From an archaeon (lineage in GTDB: Archaea > EX4484-52 > WAPT01): a DNA stretch of 64,000 nt. The notes beneath the pieces were generated by a model. That model was not told the DNA's origin. It was given only the letters and a program-made list of their open reading frames with translations, and did no database searches. The DNA lies in assembly GCA_029258795.1 (NCBI GenBank), contig JAPDKB010000007.1, positions 192,001 through 256,000 on the forward strand. Direction: 5' to 3'. This document shows positions 1-9,465 of the stretch, piece by piece (position 1 is the first letter of the stretch; each line of letters opens with the position of its first letter). The position numbers and the translations under genes were made by a program.

Positions 1-5
1 AGGTT

Positions 6-1247
6 GTGATATTCGATATGGGTTATTCAATGGAGAAGATAGTTGCGATGGAGGATGAGGAGAGGGAAGCTTCAACTTCTACCATGATAGAGATGGGCGC
101 CATACCCGATGACTCGGTGCTGAAGGGCAAGAAAGTTGTGGGTATCGTTGTTAACCACGGCCATCTTGACCACTGTGGAGCCATTCCTAAACTTGCGGAA
201 AAATACGGATGCAAAATTTACGCAACTCCGTACACCCACGAGGTGATTAAGAAACTGCTGGATGATGAAGGTAAGGGATACATGAGGAGCTTGCTTTACC
301 CGATGGAAGCCGGTGAGACCGTTGAGCTCAGCCAGAACATCCAGCTGGAGTTCGTGCACATAACCCACAGCATCCCGCAAACGGTGCTTTCCGTACTCCA
401 CACAAAGGAAGGAGCGGTGGTTTACGCGAACGATTACAAGCTGGATGATGAGCCCACGCTTGAGAAGAAGCCGGACTACAGAAGGATAAAAGCCCTAGGC
501 AAAGAGGGTGTAAAGCTCCTGATTTCGGAATGTGTGCGCGTCACCGAGCCATCCATAACTCCTCCGGAGAGAGTGGCTAAAAATCTCGTGAGATATGCGC
601 TCAACAAAGCTTATGATTATGAAAAGTCTGCCGTGATAATCACAACGTTCGCATCCCACATCGCGAGGTTGAGAAGCATAATAGAGGAGAACAAGGGAAG
701 AAGAAAGATTGTAATGGTTGGTAGATCCCTCGATAACTACGTGGTGCCGGCAGCACAGCTCGGTTTGATTGATGCAAGCGGGATAAGGATTTTTGGGAGG
801 AAGAGAGGAATCAAGAAAACCATGAAAAAAGTTGCCGAAAATCCGGAAGAGTATCTTGTGATATGCACAGGCAATCAGGGTGAGGAGAACTCCGTGCTGT
901 GGAGGATGGCAAGGAAGCAGTACGAGTTCCGCATAAGGAAGGATGATGTCGTCATTTTTGCCTCGGAAACCATACCCCATCCGATAAACAGGGCAAGCAA
1001 GTACATGGTGGTTGAACTTCTCAAGGAGCAGGGTGCAAAGATAATAGATGGGGTTCATGTTTCAGGACATGCGAGAAGAGAAGACCATCGCGAGCTCCTC
1101 AAAATGCTCAGTCCTGAGTACGTCATACCGAGCCACGGAGAAACGGAAAGACTTGCAAGCTATGCTGCCATGGCGCTGGAAGAGGGATACAAAATAGGGG
1201 ATACTGTCAGGATTCTGTATAATGGGGCAATTACCGAAATAAAATAA
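6..1247 (+). CDS. rnj: Ribonuclease J-type beta-CASP metallo-beta-lactamase (probably 5'-truncated by window edge)
   Basis: HGHLDHCG MBL motif, THSIP, D-YK-D, TTFASH, GNQGE, HVSGHA and PSHG motifs. Confidence 0.9.
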   Translation: MIFDMGYSMEKIVAMEDEEREASTSTMIEMGAIPDDSVLKGKKVVGIVVNHGHLDHCGAIPKLAEKYGCKIYATPYTHEVIKKLLDDEGKGYMRSLLYPMEAGETVELSQNIQLEFVHITHSIPQTVLSVLHTKEGAVVYANDYKLDDEPTLEKKPDYRRIKALGKEGVKLLISECVRVTEPSITPPERVAKNLVRYALNKAYDYEKSAVIITTFASHIARLRSIIEENKGRRKIVMVGRSLDNYVVPAAQLGLIDASGIRIFGRKRGIKKTMKKVAENPEEYLVICTGNQGEENSVLWRMARKQYEFRIRKDDVVIFASETIPHPINRASKYMVVELLKEQGAKIIDGVHVSGHARREDHRELLKMLSPEYVIPSHGETERLASYAAMALEEGYKIGDTVRILYNGAITEIK

Positions 1248-1276
1248 TGTAAAGAACGAAGGAAAAGGTCTCTGGA

Positions 1277-1498
1277 TTACCACTCTTCATCCTCTTCATC
1301 GAAGAAGTCCTCGTCCTCCTCTCCAAAGCCGAGTTCGTCTTCATCCAGCTCTTCATCCCATTCCTCGCTTGTCTCGAAGATGCAGTCCTCACAGAGCTCC
1401 TGCTCAAAGTCCCCGCAATCCTGGCAGAAGAGCACACCGCACATCTTGCACTCCTTAACCTCGCTTACTTCTTCCCCACAAATTTCACAAACAGGCAT
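1277..1498 (-). CDS. Small Cys-rich zinc-finger protein with very acidic tail
   Basis: Four CxxC pairs followed by a D/E-rich C-terminus; GGTGAGG SD-like motif upstream. Confidence 0.7.
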   Translation of the reverse strand: MPVCEICGEEVSEVKECKMCGVLFCQDCGDFEQELCEDCIFETSEEWDEELDEDELGFGEEDEDFFDEEDEEW

Positions 1499-1667
1499 GT
1501 AACCTCACCCGCGCACCTGCGTGGTTGATATAAAGCATGAGCAAACATTTTTAAAGGTTTCTTTATGTGTGAAGATGGGCTTCGGCAATGAATGAACTTT
1601 CCATATATTTTTAACGGCATGCTGGTGACATTTAAATTTAAAAGTTAACCAACAACACCTCATTTAT

Positions 1668-2429
1668 ATGGCAAGTGAGATCAACTTCCGCTTCTTGAGG
1701 GAGCTTCAAAGAAAGGAGAGGGAGAACGCTGAGCTTCAGAAGCTTCCTGATGATTTTCTTGATCAGCTCAGAACTTACATAAAGAGGAAGGTTGATCTCC
1801 TTTCCAAACCCGAAATGCTAACCTTCACTGAAAAGAAGGAGATAGAGAATTTGAAGCCGGTCATAAAGTACATCTTTGACAAAAGAGAACAGAAGATTGT
1901 GATTTCTGCACTGCGTGCCGCGAGGACGGGAATAAAGCCGAAGAACATGCTGCCACATGAGGAAGCTCTGTTCAACGCGCTTAAGACGGAGATAGTCAAA
2001 AACCGTCTTCTGCTGGATGATCTTCTGATGTTAATAGATCCCGCACACCGGAGTGTGGTCCATATCGAAATAACGGAGGAAAAAAGGGTGGAGGAGGAAA
2101 TTGAGAAGAGTGAGGAGGAAAAAGGTGAGAGTGTTGCAAAAGAGGTTGAAATGGAGAAGAAAGTAAGCGAGGTGGAGAAGGAGAAAAAGGAAGCGTATGA
2201 AGTAAAAGAAGAAAAAAAGGAAAGCGAGGTAGAGGAGAAAGAGCAGAAGGGAGAAATTGCTGTTGGAGATGTTGTGGTGAGGGTTGAGATAATCAAGGAT
2301 GTTCCTGCATTCATTGGAATAGACCTCAACAAGTATGGCCCATGGAAAAAGGGGCAGGTGGTTGCGCTTCCTGAAAAAATAGCAAAAGCGCTAATAAAAA
2401 CGGGTAGAGCCAAGGAGCCGGAAGGTTGA
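1668..2429 (+). CDS. DNA replication factor GINS (Gins15/Gins51 type)
   Basis: N-terminal LRELQRKERE..LQKLPDDF A-domain, C-terminal beta-rich B-domain (KDVPAFIGIDLNKYGPWKKG), charged linker; usual position upstream of rpl44e-rps27e. Confidence 0.85.
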   Translation: MASEINFRFLRELQRKERENAELQKLPDDFLDQLRTYIKRKVDLLSKPEMLTFTEKKEIENLKPVIKYIFDKREQKIVISALRAARTGIKPKNMLPHEEALFNALKTEIVKNRLLLDDLLMLIDPAHRSVVHIEITEEKRVEEEIEKSEEEKGESVAKEVEMEKKVSEVEKEKKEAYEVKEEKKESEVEEKEQKGEIAVGDVVVRVEIIKDVPAFIGIDLNKYGPWKKGQVVALPEKIAKALIKTGRAKEPEG

Positions 2430-2518
2430 GCTGTTGGTAGGGTGTAACACTTTTTGAGTGGGCCCTCCAAAAAACTTATAAAATTTAGCAATTAGGATTA
2501 GGTTATTGTTGTTCTGGG

Positions 2519-2836
2519 GTGGTTAAAATTAAGATGCCTAAGGAAATTAAGAGGCACTGCCCGTACTGTAAGAAGCACACAGTCCACAAAGTGGAGGTTG
2601 TGAAAACCGCTGGTAGAAGGAAGACATCCTCGCTGAAAGCAGGTACAAGATATAGAAAGAAGAAGCTGGAGAAGGGTTATGGTAGCTCTCCTTATCCCGT
2701 CATAGAACACGGAAGAAAACACGGCTCCAAAACAACAAGGAAGGTGTGTCTCAAGTTCAAATGCTCTGAATGTGGAAAAGCCCACATGATAAAGAATGCA
2801 CAGCGCTTCAAGAAGTTTGAGGTAGCTACCCAATAA
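2519..2836 (+). CDS. rpl44e: 50S ribosomal protein L44e
   Basis: KMPKEIKRHCPYCKKHTVHKV...KTTRKVCLKFKCSECGKAH. Confidence 0.95.
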   Translation: MVKIKMPKEIKRHCPYCKKHTVHKVEVVKTAGRRKTSSLKAGTRYRKKKLEKGYGSSPYPVIEHGRKHGSKTTRKVCLKFKCSECGKAHMIKNAQRFKKFEVATQ

Positions 2837-2850
2837 ATTGGTGATGCCGG

Positions 2851-3036
2851 ATGGTCGGCAGGTTTTTGAGGGTGAAATGCTACAAGTGCAATAACGAGCA
2901 GAACATATTTAGCAAGCCAGCAATGGAGGTGAGATGCCTTGTGTGCAATGCAGTGATAATGCAAAACACAGGAGGCAAGGGTAAGCTTCAGAACGCCAGG
3001 GTGCTTGAAGTGCTGGACAAGGATGTGCTGGGGTGA
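2851..3036 (+). CDS. rps27e: 30S ribosomal protein S27e
   Basis: [18 protein letters not shown]...VRCLVC...TGGKG. Confidence 0.95.
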   Translation: MVGRFLRVKCYKCNNEQNIFSKPAMEVRCLVCNAVIMQNTGGKGKLQNARVLEVLDKDVLG

Positions 3037-3074
3037 TGTGAGCTCCTTCTCTTAAACCAATCTTATGGTGGAAC

Positions 3075-3605
3075 ATGCCTGTCTATGAGCCACGTGAGGA
3101 CTCTTTTTTCATGGCAGAGTTTCTGAAAAAGAACGGAAAGCTTGGCACAATATGTGTGGATGTTGGAACCGGGAGCGGGATTCTTACGGAAACTCTGGCT
3201 GAGAAATGCGATGTTGTGGTGGCAAGCGATATCAGTAGGGAAGCGTTGAGTTATGCAAAAGCGCGGATGAGGAAAAATAACGTTTTCTTTGTGCTCGGAA
3301 ATCTGATGGATTTTGTGAAGCGCTGCGATGCGGTGGTTTTCAATGCTCCGTATCTTAGCAGAGAGGAAGGGGAGGGATACGATATTGCTACCCACCACCA
3401 GATGCCTGATGGGAGAGATGTGCTTGAGGAATTCATAAAATCGCTCTCCTGCACAGATTTTAAGCGAGCATATCTCCTCACATCCACCCAGACGGATAGA
3501 ACACGCATGGAGAATGCAATTCATGCTCACAAGATGAAGGCAAAGGTGGTTGCGAGGAAGCGCATCTTTTTTGAGGAGTTGGTGATTGAGGAGATAACAA
3601 AATAA
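3075..3605 (+). CDS. HemK2/PrmC-related SAM-dependent methyltransferase
   Basis: VYEPREDS start, DVGTGSG motif I, NAPY variant of NPPY, IFFEEL C-terminus. Confidence 0.85.
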   Translation: MPVYEPREDSFFMAEFLKKNGKLGTICVDVGTGSGILTETLAEKCDVVVASDISREALSYAKARMRKNNVFFVLGNLMDFVKRCDAVVFNAPYLSREEGEGYDIATHHQMPDGRDVLEEFIKSLSCTDFKRAYLLTSTQTDRTRMENAIHAHKMKAKVVARKRIFFEELVIEEITK

Positions 3606-3670
3606 ATAAATTGACCATTTTAAATTCACCTGAACACAGCACTGTTCTAACTGCTTGCTGCGTGATGCTC

Positions 3671-4795
3671 ATGAGCTCGCTTGAGGAAAGGATAAAACAG
3701 GTGGAGGAGGAAATAAAGAAAACTCCTGTGAACAAAGCTACTGAAGCGCATCTTGCAAAGCTGAAGGCAAAGCTTGCAAGATTGAGGGAGGAGCTGGAGC
3801 TCAATAAAGCAAAGAAAAAGGCGTCGAGAGCCAGAGAGGGTGTGAAGAAAACCGGGGATGCCACTGTCGTTCTTGTGGGTCCTCCCTCAGTCGGAAAGAG
3901 CAGTTTGCTCAACAAGCTTACGGATGCGGAGTCAAAAACAGGAGATTACGCTTTCACAACCACAACCATCATTCCCGGTATGATGGAGTATAAGGGTGCC
4001 AAAATCCAGTTTCTGGATATACCCGGACTTATAAGCAATGCTGCCAGCGGAGTGGGTGGTGGTAAAGAAATCCTCTCCTATGTCAGGATGGGAGACATAC
4101 TTCTGATCATGGTGGACGTCTACACCTACACCATGATCAACGAGATCATGAAGGAGTTGTACGCTGCGGGCATCAGAATAAACGAATCACCGCCGAAGGT
4201 CAAGGTTGTCAAAAAGGATGGGGGGTCCATTCAGATTTATTCCCGGGTTAATTTAACAAACATCAGCGAGGAAATGATAAAATCCGTGCTCCATGAGTTC
4301 AAGATACACAATGCTGAGGTGGTGGTGGAGGAAGACATAACTGTTGAGAGGTTTATAGATGCTCTTGCAAGAAACAGAGCTTATCTCAAGGGGCTTGTGG
4401 TGGTGAATAAAATAGATATGGTTGGAAGAGAAGAAAGGGCTGAGATTGAGGAATGGCTGAAAAAGAAGTTTGATGGTGGGATGGATTACATCCTTGTTTC
4501 TGTGGAGACGGGCGAAGGGCTTGAGAAACTCAAGGAAATGGTATACAAGCTATGCGACTTCATAAGGATATATACCAAAAAGCCGGGTGAAGCACCAAAC
4601 CTGAAGGAAGCAATGATAATGAAGCGTGGCTCCACAGTTAGAGATGTGTGCGAGAAGATAAGGAGCGATTATGTTGAAAGGTTTAAATTTGCGCGGGTTT
4701 TCGGTAGCTCTGTTAAGTTTGATGGGCAGCGCGTGGGGCTTGACCACGTGCTGGAAGATGGAGACATAGTTGAGTTAAACGTCAGCCGTGTATGA
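3671..4795 (+). CDS. drg: DRG/OBG-family GTPase with TGS domain
   Basis: TPVNKATEAHLAKLKAKLA, GPPSVGKS, YAFTT, DIPG, NKID, C-terminal GQRVGLDHVLEDGDIV; start moved to ATG 3671 (3665 also possible). Confidence 0.93.
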   Translation: MSSLEERIKQVEEEIKKTPVNKATEAHLAKLKAKLARLREELELNKAKKKASRAREGVKKTGDATVVLVGPPSVGKSSLLNKLTDAESKTGDYAFTTTTIIPGMMEYKGAKIQFLDIPGLISNAASGVGGGKEILSYVRMGDILLIMVDVYTYTMINEIMKELYAAGIRINESPPKVKVVKKDGGSIQIYSRVNLTNISEEMIKSVLHEFKIHNAEVVVEEDITVERFIDALARNRAYLKGLVVVNKIDMVGREERAEIEEWLKKKFDGGMDYILVSVETGEGLEKLKEMVYKLCDFIRIYTKKPGEAPNLKEAMIMKRGSTVRDVCEKIRSDYVERFKFARVFGSSVKFDGQRVGLDHVLEDGDIVELNVSRV

Positions 4796-4798
4796 TCG

Positions 4799-5221
4799 CT
4801 AATCCTCTTCACTGTCCTTGCTTTTTTTCTTTTTCTCTTTTTTGTAGTTCTTATCGCGCTTCTCCCCACCCCCCTTGATTAATCTGCTCGCTGATTTGAT
4901 AACTGAAGCGATAATCCTGAAGGGCAACAACACCAGCTTTAGCGTGAGAGCTCCAGCTTTGATGACAGTAACCGTGGTTTTGAAAAGGAGGTAAATGAGG
5001 TATAAGCTTCCAGCAAGAATTGCATAGTACAGTATTGTCTGAATGCTTATAACGACATTCATGTGCATCACATATTTGAGGAAGAATGGGAACATGGCTC
5101 CAAGGAACATGAATATGATTGCTCTGGATACCACTTTGAAGATAACATACGCTGCTATCAGAAACAGGAGGAAAAACAGTAAAAGAGCTGGTTCTATCGA
5201 ATTGAAAATCTCCGGAATCAT
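4799..5221 (-). CDS. Small multi-pass membrane protein of unknown function
   Basis: Several hydrophobic helices and a basic C-terminal tail. Confidence 0.65.
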   Translation of the reverse strand: MIPEIFNSIEPALLLFFLLFLIAAYVIFKVVSRAIIFMFLGAMFPFFLKYVMHMNVVISIQTILYYAILAGSLYLIYLLFKTTVTVIKAGALTLKLVLLPFRIIASVIKSASRLIKGGGEKRDKNYKKEKKKKSKDSEED

Positions 5222-5245
5222 GGCGCCTGTACCTCTAATTCACCT

Positions 5246-5971
5246 TTACCCTCCTATGTTCGGCATTATAAGCAAGTTGGGTCTGTAGGTGGCCTTGCCC
5301 TCCAGAATTATGCGCGTGCCATTTATGATCATATCGCCCTCAAATCTGTCAAGAGTGATTTTTCTCGGGCCCTCTATTCTGTGCGTGATGGATTCCTTCT
5401 CCCATGAAAGAACCACAGTTCCCTCAACATTCTGGAGATTCAGGTTGGTGATGGTGACGTTTTTCATCTGGATGTAAAGGAATGGTAAGGAATAAGCTTC
5501 AAGCCGGATCGGGTTTTTCTTTGATTTGAAAGATATTGTTGTTGAGCTTATCTCTTCCGCTGTGCCGTCCAACTCCACACCATCACTAATCATCAGGTTT
5601 CCTGTATAGCTTTTCAATTCAACCTGACTGAACGGGTGGAGTTCCAGCTGGAACGGATTTCCGATGAGCTGGCTCACCTCCATACTTCCCTGCTCTCCGC
5701 CAATAAGGATTGTGATGGCAGTGGAAGACGCGATTTGAAGCTCCTGCACACTGCTCATCCTTGTTGTTAGATTGGTCTGAATGTAAGATTTGGACGGGTT
5801 TGATAAGTAATGGGTGAACAACCCGGTAAACTTTCCGAACAGTCCGGAGACTGAGCCAGAGGGGAGAGAAGGTAAGCTGAATGATGGAGCATGCTGAAGA
5901 ACGACATTAAACACACCTGCAAGCATGAATATTAATCCAAGGAAAAGAAATGCAATGGATTTTGAATTCAT
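5246..5971 (-). CDS. N-terminally anchored/secreted beta-rich hypothetical protein
   Basis: Hydrophobic N-terminus (IAFLFLGLIFMLAGVF), S/T-rich beta-like remainder; start at ATG 5971 assumed. Confidence 0.6.
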   Translation of the reverse strand: MNSKSIAFLFLGLIFMLAGVFNVVLQHAPSFSLPSLPSGSVSGLFGKFTGLFTHYLSNPSKSYIQTNLTTRMSSVQELQIASSTAITILIGGEQGSMEVSQLIGNPFQLELHPFSQVELKSYTGNLMISDGVELDGTAEEISSTTISFKSKKNPIRLEAYSLPFLYIQMKNVTITNLNLQNVEGTVVLSWEKESITHRIEGPRKITLDRFEGDMIINGTRIILEGKATYRPNLLIMPNIGG

Positions 5972-6158
5972 GACATCACGCCCCTTAGCCACTTTATCTT
6001 TCTCTTCTCCTTTTTATTTGAGGTTTAAATGCTTAAATAAATTTTATCACGCATTCGAAACAACGCTTTGAATGTATCAGAAGTTTTTGCTCTGGCTAAT
6101 TCTTAAAAAGTTATCTGCATCCTATAAGTGTAGTTAAGTAACTGGAGTGTGATGTGAA

Positions 6159-7367
6159 ATGTTTGAAAAGGTTTCCTTCCTTTTCGGGAACAATGATTTA
6201 CTTTCCTTCTTGCTACTCATACTGTTTTTTTATTTCTACCCGCGTATCTACATCTGGCAGATGGTAAGCAAGCTGGAGACGGAGCTGGTCAAACTGGAGG
6301 AATACTCGAAAGAAGTGCAGAACGAGGTAACGAAAAAAATAAAGAGCACTCACAAGAGAAAGAAAGTGAACATCAGAATGTTAAAGAAAAGGGTTGGTGA
6401 ATTCATGGATTTTTTTGTTGTTTCTCCCGTGGATACTGATCCTTACGGGATACTGAAAAAGATTGAGCACATAACCAAGATTTCTGAAAGCAGGATAGAA
6501 AGGTTCCTGGACAGGATCGGAGGAACAGCAAACAGGGATGAGAAAAAGAACATAAAGTACGGGCTGGTAGGCGCGATGGGTGTGACCATGATCTACAAAA
6601 TCATGAGGCACTACATAGAGTTAATAAAGAAAACGAACAATCTCCAGCTCGCTATGGTACTGCAGATGATGCTTCCAGACATATTGAAAACAGCAAAAGC
6701 CAACGTCAAGGCCACAAAGGCATTTCTGGACGGTATACCGATAGGGGATGGTGTGGGACCGCTTGTGGCTGCCAAGCTCAAGAGTAAGGTGGGTGATGAG
6801 ATAGAGCGGGATGTTGTGGTTAGTGCTGAAAAGTTGGGGAAAAAGAAGGTTTTTGTGATGAAAGCAAAGGGAAAAGGAGCTGAAATCTCACAAGCCAAGA
6901 TGTGGCATGCTATAGAGAAGCTTGTGAAAAAGGAGAAAATAAAGCACATAATTTCCATAGATGCTAGTGTTAAACTTGAGGGTGAAAAAACGGGCAGTGT
7001 GGCTGAGGGTGTTGGTTTTGTCATGTCTCCTCACGGTGTGGACCGACCATTTGTGGAAGAGCTGGCAACGAAGCATGGTATAGAGCTGGATGGTGTGATA
7101 ATCAAAATGTCCGATTATGAGGCATCAATACCCATGAAGAAGGAAATATATGATGCAGTACCTGCCGCAATTGAGAAGGTGAGGGAGCTTGTGGAGCTGA
7201 GCCCTCACAATAGAATATTGGTTGTTGGTGTGGGCAATACATGCGGAATAGGTAATTCGGCAAAAGAGGTTGAAAATCTGGAAAAGGTGCTTAGACCCGT
7301 ATGGAGGAAGCTGAAGAAGGAAGAGGAGGAAGAAAAGAAGAGAAAGTGGTCTCTGCTTCCTGCATGA
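6159..7367 (+). CDS. DUF1512-family archaeal protein
   Basis: N-terminal TM, PVDTDPYGI, GIPIGDGVGPLVA, IDASVKLEGEKTGSVAEGVG, GVGNTCGIG. Confidence 0.85.
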   Translation: MFEKVSFLFGNNDLLSFLLLILFFYFYPRIYIWQMVSKLETELVKLEEYSKEVQNEVTKKIKSTHKRKKVNIRMLKKRVGEFMDFFVVSPVDTDPYGILKKIEHITKISESRIERFLDRIGGTANRDEKKNIKYGLVGAMGVTMIYKIMRHYIELIKKTNNLQLAMVLQMMLPDILKTAKANVKATKAFLDGIPIGDGVGPLVAAKLKSKVGDEIERDVVVSAEKLGKKKVFVMKAKGKGAEISQAKMWHAIEKLVKKEKIKHIISIDASVKLEGEKTGSVAEGVGFVMSPHGVDRPFVEELATKHGIELDGVIIKMSDYEASIPMKKEIYDAVPAAIEKVRELVELSPHNRILVVGVGNTCGIGNSAKEVENLEKVLRPVWRKLKKEEEEEKKRKWSLLPA

Positions 7368-7405
7368 TGATAATCTGGAATAATTATGCTCTGGGTTGAG
7401 GAGTC

Positions 7406-7915
7406 ATGAGTGAGGACAAAAAAAGTGAGAATATGGCTCAAGAAGAGGGCTTTCGGAAGAAGAGGATCAGCTTGGATGAATACTTTGCAAAGATGACCTG
7501 GGTTGTTGCTGAAAGGTCAACCTGCATAATCCCCGGAAGACAGTACGGAGCCATTGTTGTGAAAAACAAGCAGGTGTTATCCACCGGCTACAACGGCGCG
7601 CCGAGAGGCATGACCGACTGCCTTGAACTGGGTTACTGTCCAAAAAGAGCAAAGGGCGGAACAAGCGGAACGATGCATGAGGAATGTATAGCAGTGCATG
7701 CCGAGATGAACGCCCTGATTCAAGCCGGCAGGAATGCAGAGGGTGCAACTCTTTACGTTAATGGATTTCCGTGCAAGCTCTGCGCGAGGTTGATAGTTAA
7801 CGCTGGCATAAAACGGGTTGTAGTTTGCGGGGAGTACAGCGATAGAGAGGGGTTGAAGATTCTGGAGGATGCAGGAATTCAGGTAGATTACATCGATGTA
7901 TCTCACCTGCTCTGA
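7406..7915 (+). CDS. dCMP deaminase (ComEB/DCTD family)
   Basis: DEYF...AERSTC, STGYNGAPRG, HAEMNAL and PCKLC zinc motifs. Confidence 0.9.
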   Translation: MSEDKKSENMAQEEGFRKKRISLDEYFAKMTWVVAERSTCIIPGRQYGAIVVKNKQVLSTGYNGAPRGMTDCLELGYCPKRAKGGTSGTMHEECIAVHAEMNALIQAGRNAEGATLYVNGFPCKLCARLIVNAGIKRVVVCGEYSDREGLKILEDAGIQVDYIDVSHLL

Positions 7916-7951
7916 ACACATCTCTCCTTGCTTACGGAGGAGGAGTATATC

Positions 7952-8560
7952 ATGAAAAAATGGCCGGTGTTCGTTGGAGACTTCAAGGTTGGAAACTTTG
8001 AGGGCTGGATTGCCATAGCCACGTTAAACACACCGTGGGAAGATATGCAGGAACTTCTCGGAATCGAGGGTGTGGCGATAATCGGAAGCGTGAAGACGGA
8101 AAATCTCGGTGTGGAGAAGATAGTTGCAAACGTGATAAGCAATCCAAATATAAGGGTCCTTGTTCTTTGTGGAAGAGAGTCGAAAGGTCATTATCCCGGA
8201 GATGCGCTTATATGCCTTCTCAAGAATGGTGTTGATGAAGAGGGGAGGATAATTGATGCGAGGGGTGCAATTCCCTATCTGGAGAATTTGAGCAGGACGC
8301 ATGTGGAACATTTCAGGAAGCAGATAGTTGAAATTATGGATTTGCGTGAGATTGAGGATGTGGAAATAATAAAGAAGGAGCTGGAGAAATTGAAGGAAAA
8401 AGAGGTTCGACCTTATGAAGGTGGGGCGGTTTATGTTGAGATTGAGGAAAAGAAGGGTGGCGGGCTGCAACATTTTGAAGGAGATGTTGTTTTCATTAAT
8501 GAGGCGGCGCAGATCGACACCTCAACATTTAAAGTTGAGCTGGTAAATCAGCAGGGGTGA
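7952..8560 (+). CDS. mtrA: Soluble MtrA-like corrinoid protein
   Basis: WPVFVGDF, KTENLGVEKIVANVISNPNIR..LCGRESKGH (cobalt-ligand His), GAIPYLENL, FRKQI; no C-terminal TM; GGAGGAGG SD before ATG 7952. Confidence 0.9.
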   Translation: MKKWPVFVGDFKVGNFEGWIAIATLNTPWEDMQELLGIEGVAIIGSVKTENLGVEKIVANVISNPNIRVLVLCGRESKGHYPGDALICLLKNGVDEEGRIIDARGAIPYLENLSRTHVEHFRKQIVEIMDLREIEDVEIIKKELEKLKEKEVRPYEGGAVYVEIEEKKGGGLQHFEGDVVFINEAAQIDTSTFKVELVNQQG

Positions 8561-8564
8561 TTTT

Positions 8565-9452
8565 GTGTTCATCTTTCCGGAGCAGAAGAAGATAAAGATA
8601 GGGACTGTGGAGCTGGGCGGACAGCCGGGAGAGTTGCCTGCGGTGATGGTCAGCACGATGTTTTATGAGGGGCATAAAATTGTGAAAAGTGATGGTGGTT
8701 TTGACAGGGAGAAAGCTGAAGAACTCCTGAACCTCCAGCAGGAGAAGAGCGATGAAACAAAACTGCCATACATAACCAACGTTTATGGGAATGATGCTTC
8801 CTCCCTCATCAAGAGGGTGGAATTCGTGGCTGAAAATGACGAAAATCCCATCATGATTGATTCTCCCAGCTATTCTGCCAGAGTTGAAGCCATGAAATAT
8901 GCTAAGGATTGTGGACTGATTGACAGATGCGTGTACAACTCTCTCAACATCACACTGAATAAAGATGAGAAGGATAAACTTGCTGAGCTCAGCGCGAGGA
9001 ACGTGCTTGTGCTTGCTCATGCTATCAATGAGCAGAGTGTTGAGGATAAGATATCGTGCCTTGAAAAGGATGGTGCGATGGGGAAGGGCTTGCTTGATCA
9101 CGCTAAGGAGATAGGAGCAAGTAACGTGCTGATAGATACTGCGACAACACCCCTGCAGCAAGGAGCATCTCTATCCTTAACTTCTCTGGTCACCTTGAAA
9201 GCCAAATATGGCCTGCCTGTTGGATGTGGAATACACAATGCTGTGAGTTCGTGGGAATGGATAAAGAAAAGAGAAAGCTATAAAGTTGTGGATGCTGCCT
9301 CCGCACTACTGCCTGTGATCCTTGGAGCGGACTTCGTGCTCTACGGACCCATAGAGAATGCAAGATACGTTTTTGATGTTGCTGCGTTTGCTGAAATTCT
9401 GGTAGAGGAAAACGTTTCTCGTTTCACTTCCACATTCGGACTGAGCCTGTGA
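8565..9452 (+). CDS. mtrH: MtrH-like methyl-pterin:corrinoid methyltransferase
   Basis: GGQPGELPAV..TMFYEGHKIV, FDREKAEEL, IDS, YNSL, LIDTA, GLPVGCGIHN, GADFVLYGPIENA. Confidence 0.92.
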   Translation: MFIFPEQKKIKIGTVELGGQPGELPAVMVSTMFYEGHKIVKSDGGFDREKAEELLNLQQEKSDETKLPYITNVYGNDASSLIKRVEFVAENDENPIMIDSPSYSARVEAMKYAKDCGLIDRCVYNSLNITLNKDEKDKLAELSARNVLVLAHAINEQSVEDKISCLEKDGAMGKGLLDHAKEIGASNVLIDTATTPLQQGASLSLTSLVTLKAKYGLPVGCGIHNAVSSWEWIKKRESYKVVDAASALLPVILGADFVLYGPIENARYVFDVAAFAEILVEENVSRFTSTFGLSL

Positions 9453-9465
9453 GGGCATGCACTTT

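Noticed and set aside
2434-2470. Hairpin between gins and rpl44e as a possible H/ACA RNA
   Set aside because: Stem and a minus-strand ACA are present, but there is no K-turn/K-loop and the internal loop is too small; may be a terminator or chance.
1775-2491. 238-aa minus-strand ORF and similar long antisense ORFs (for example 41567-42373, 57815-58429, 59997-60578)
   Set aside because: Shadows of well-supported genes on the opposite strand; S/F/L-rich with no motifs.
7952-9452. mtrA/mtrH as evidence of methanogenesis
   Set aside because: No membrane Mtr subunits or mcr genes in the window, MtrA lacks its anchor, and the context is nucleotide metabolism.
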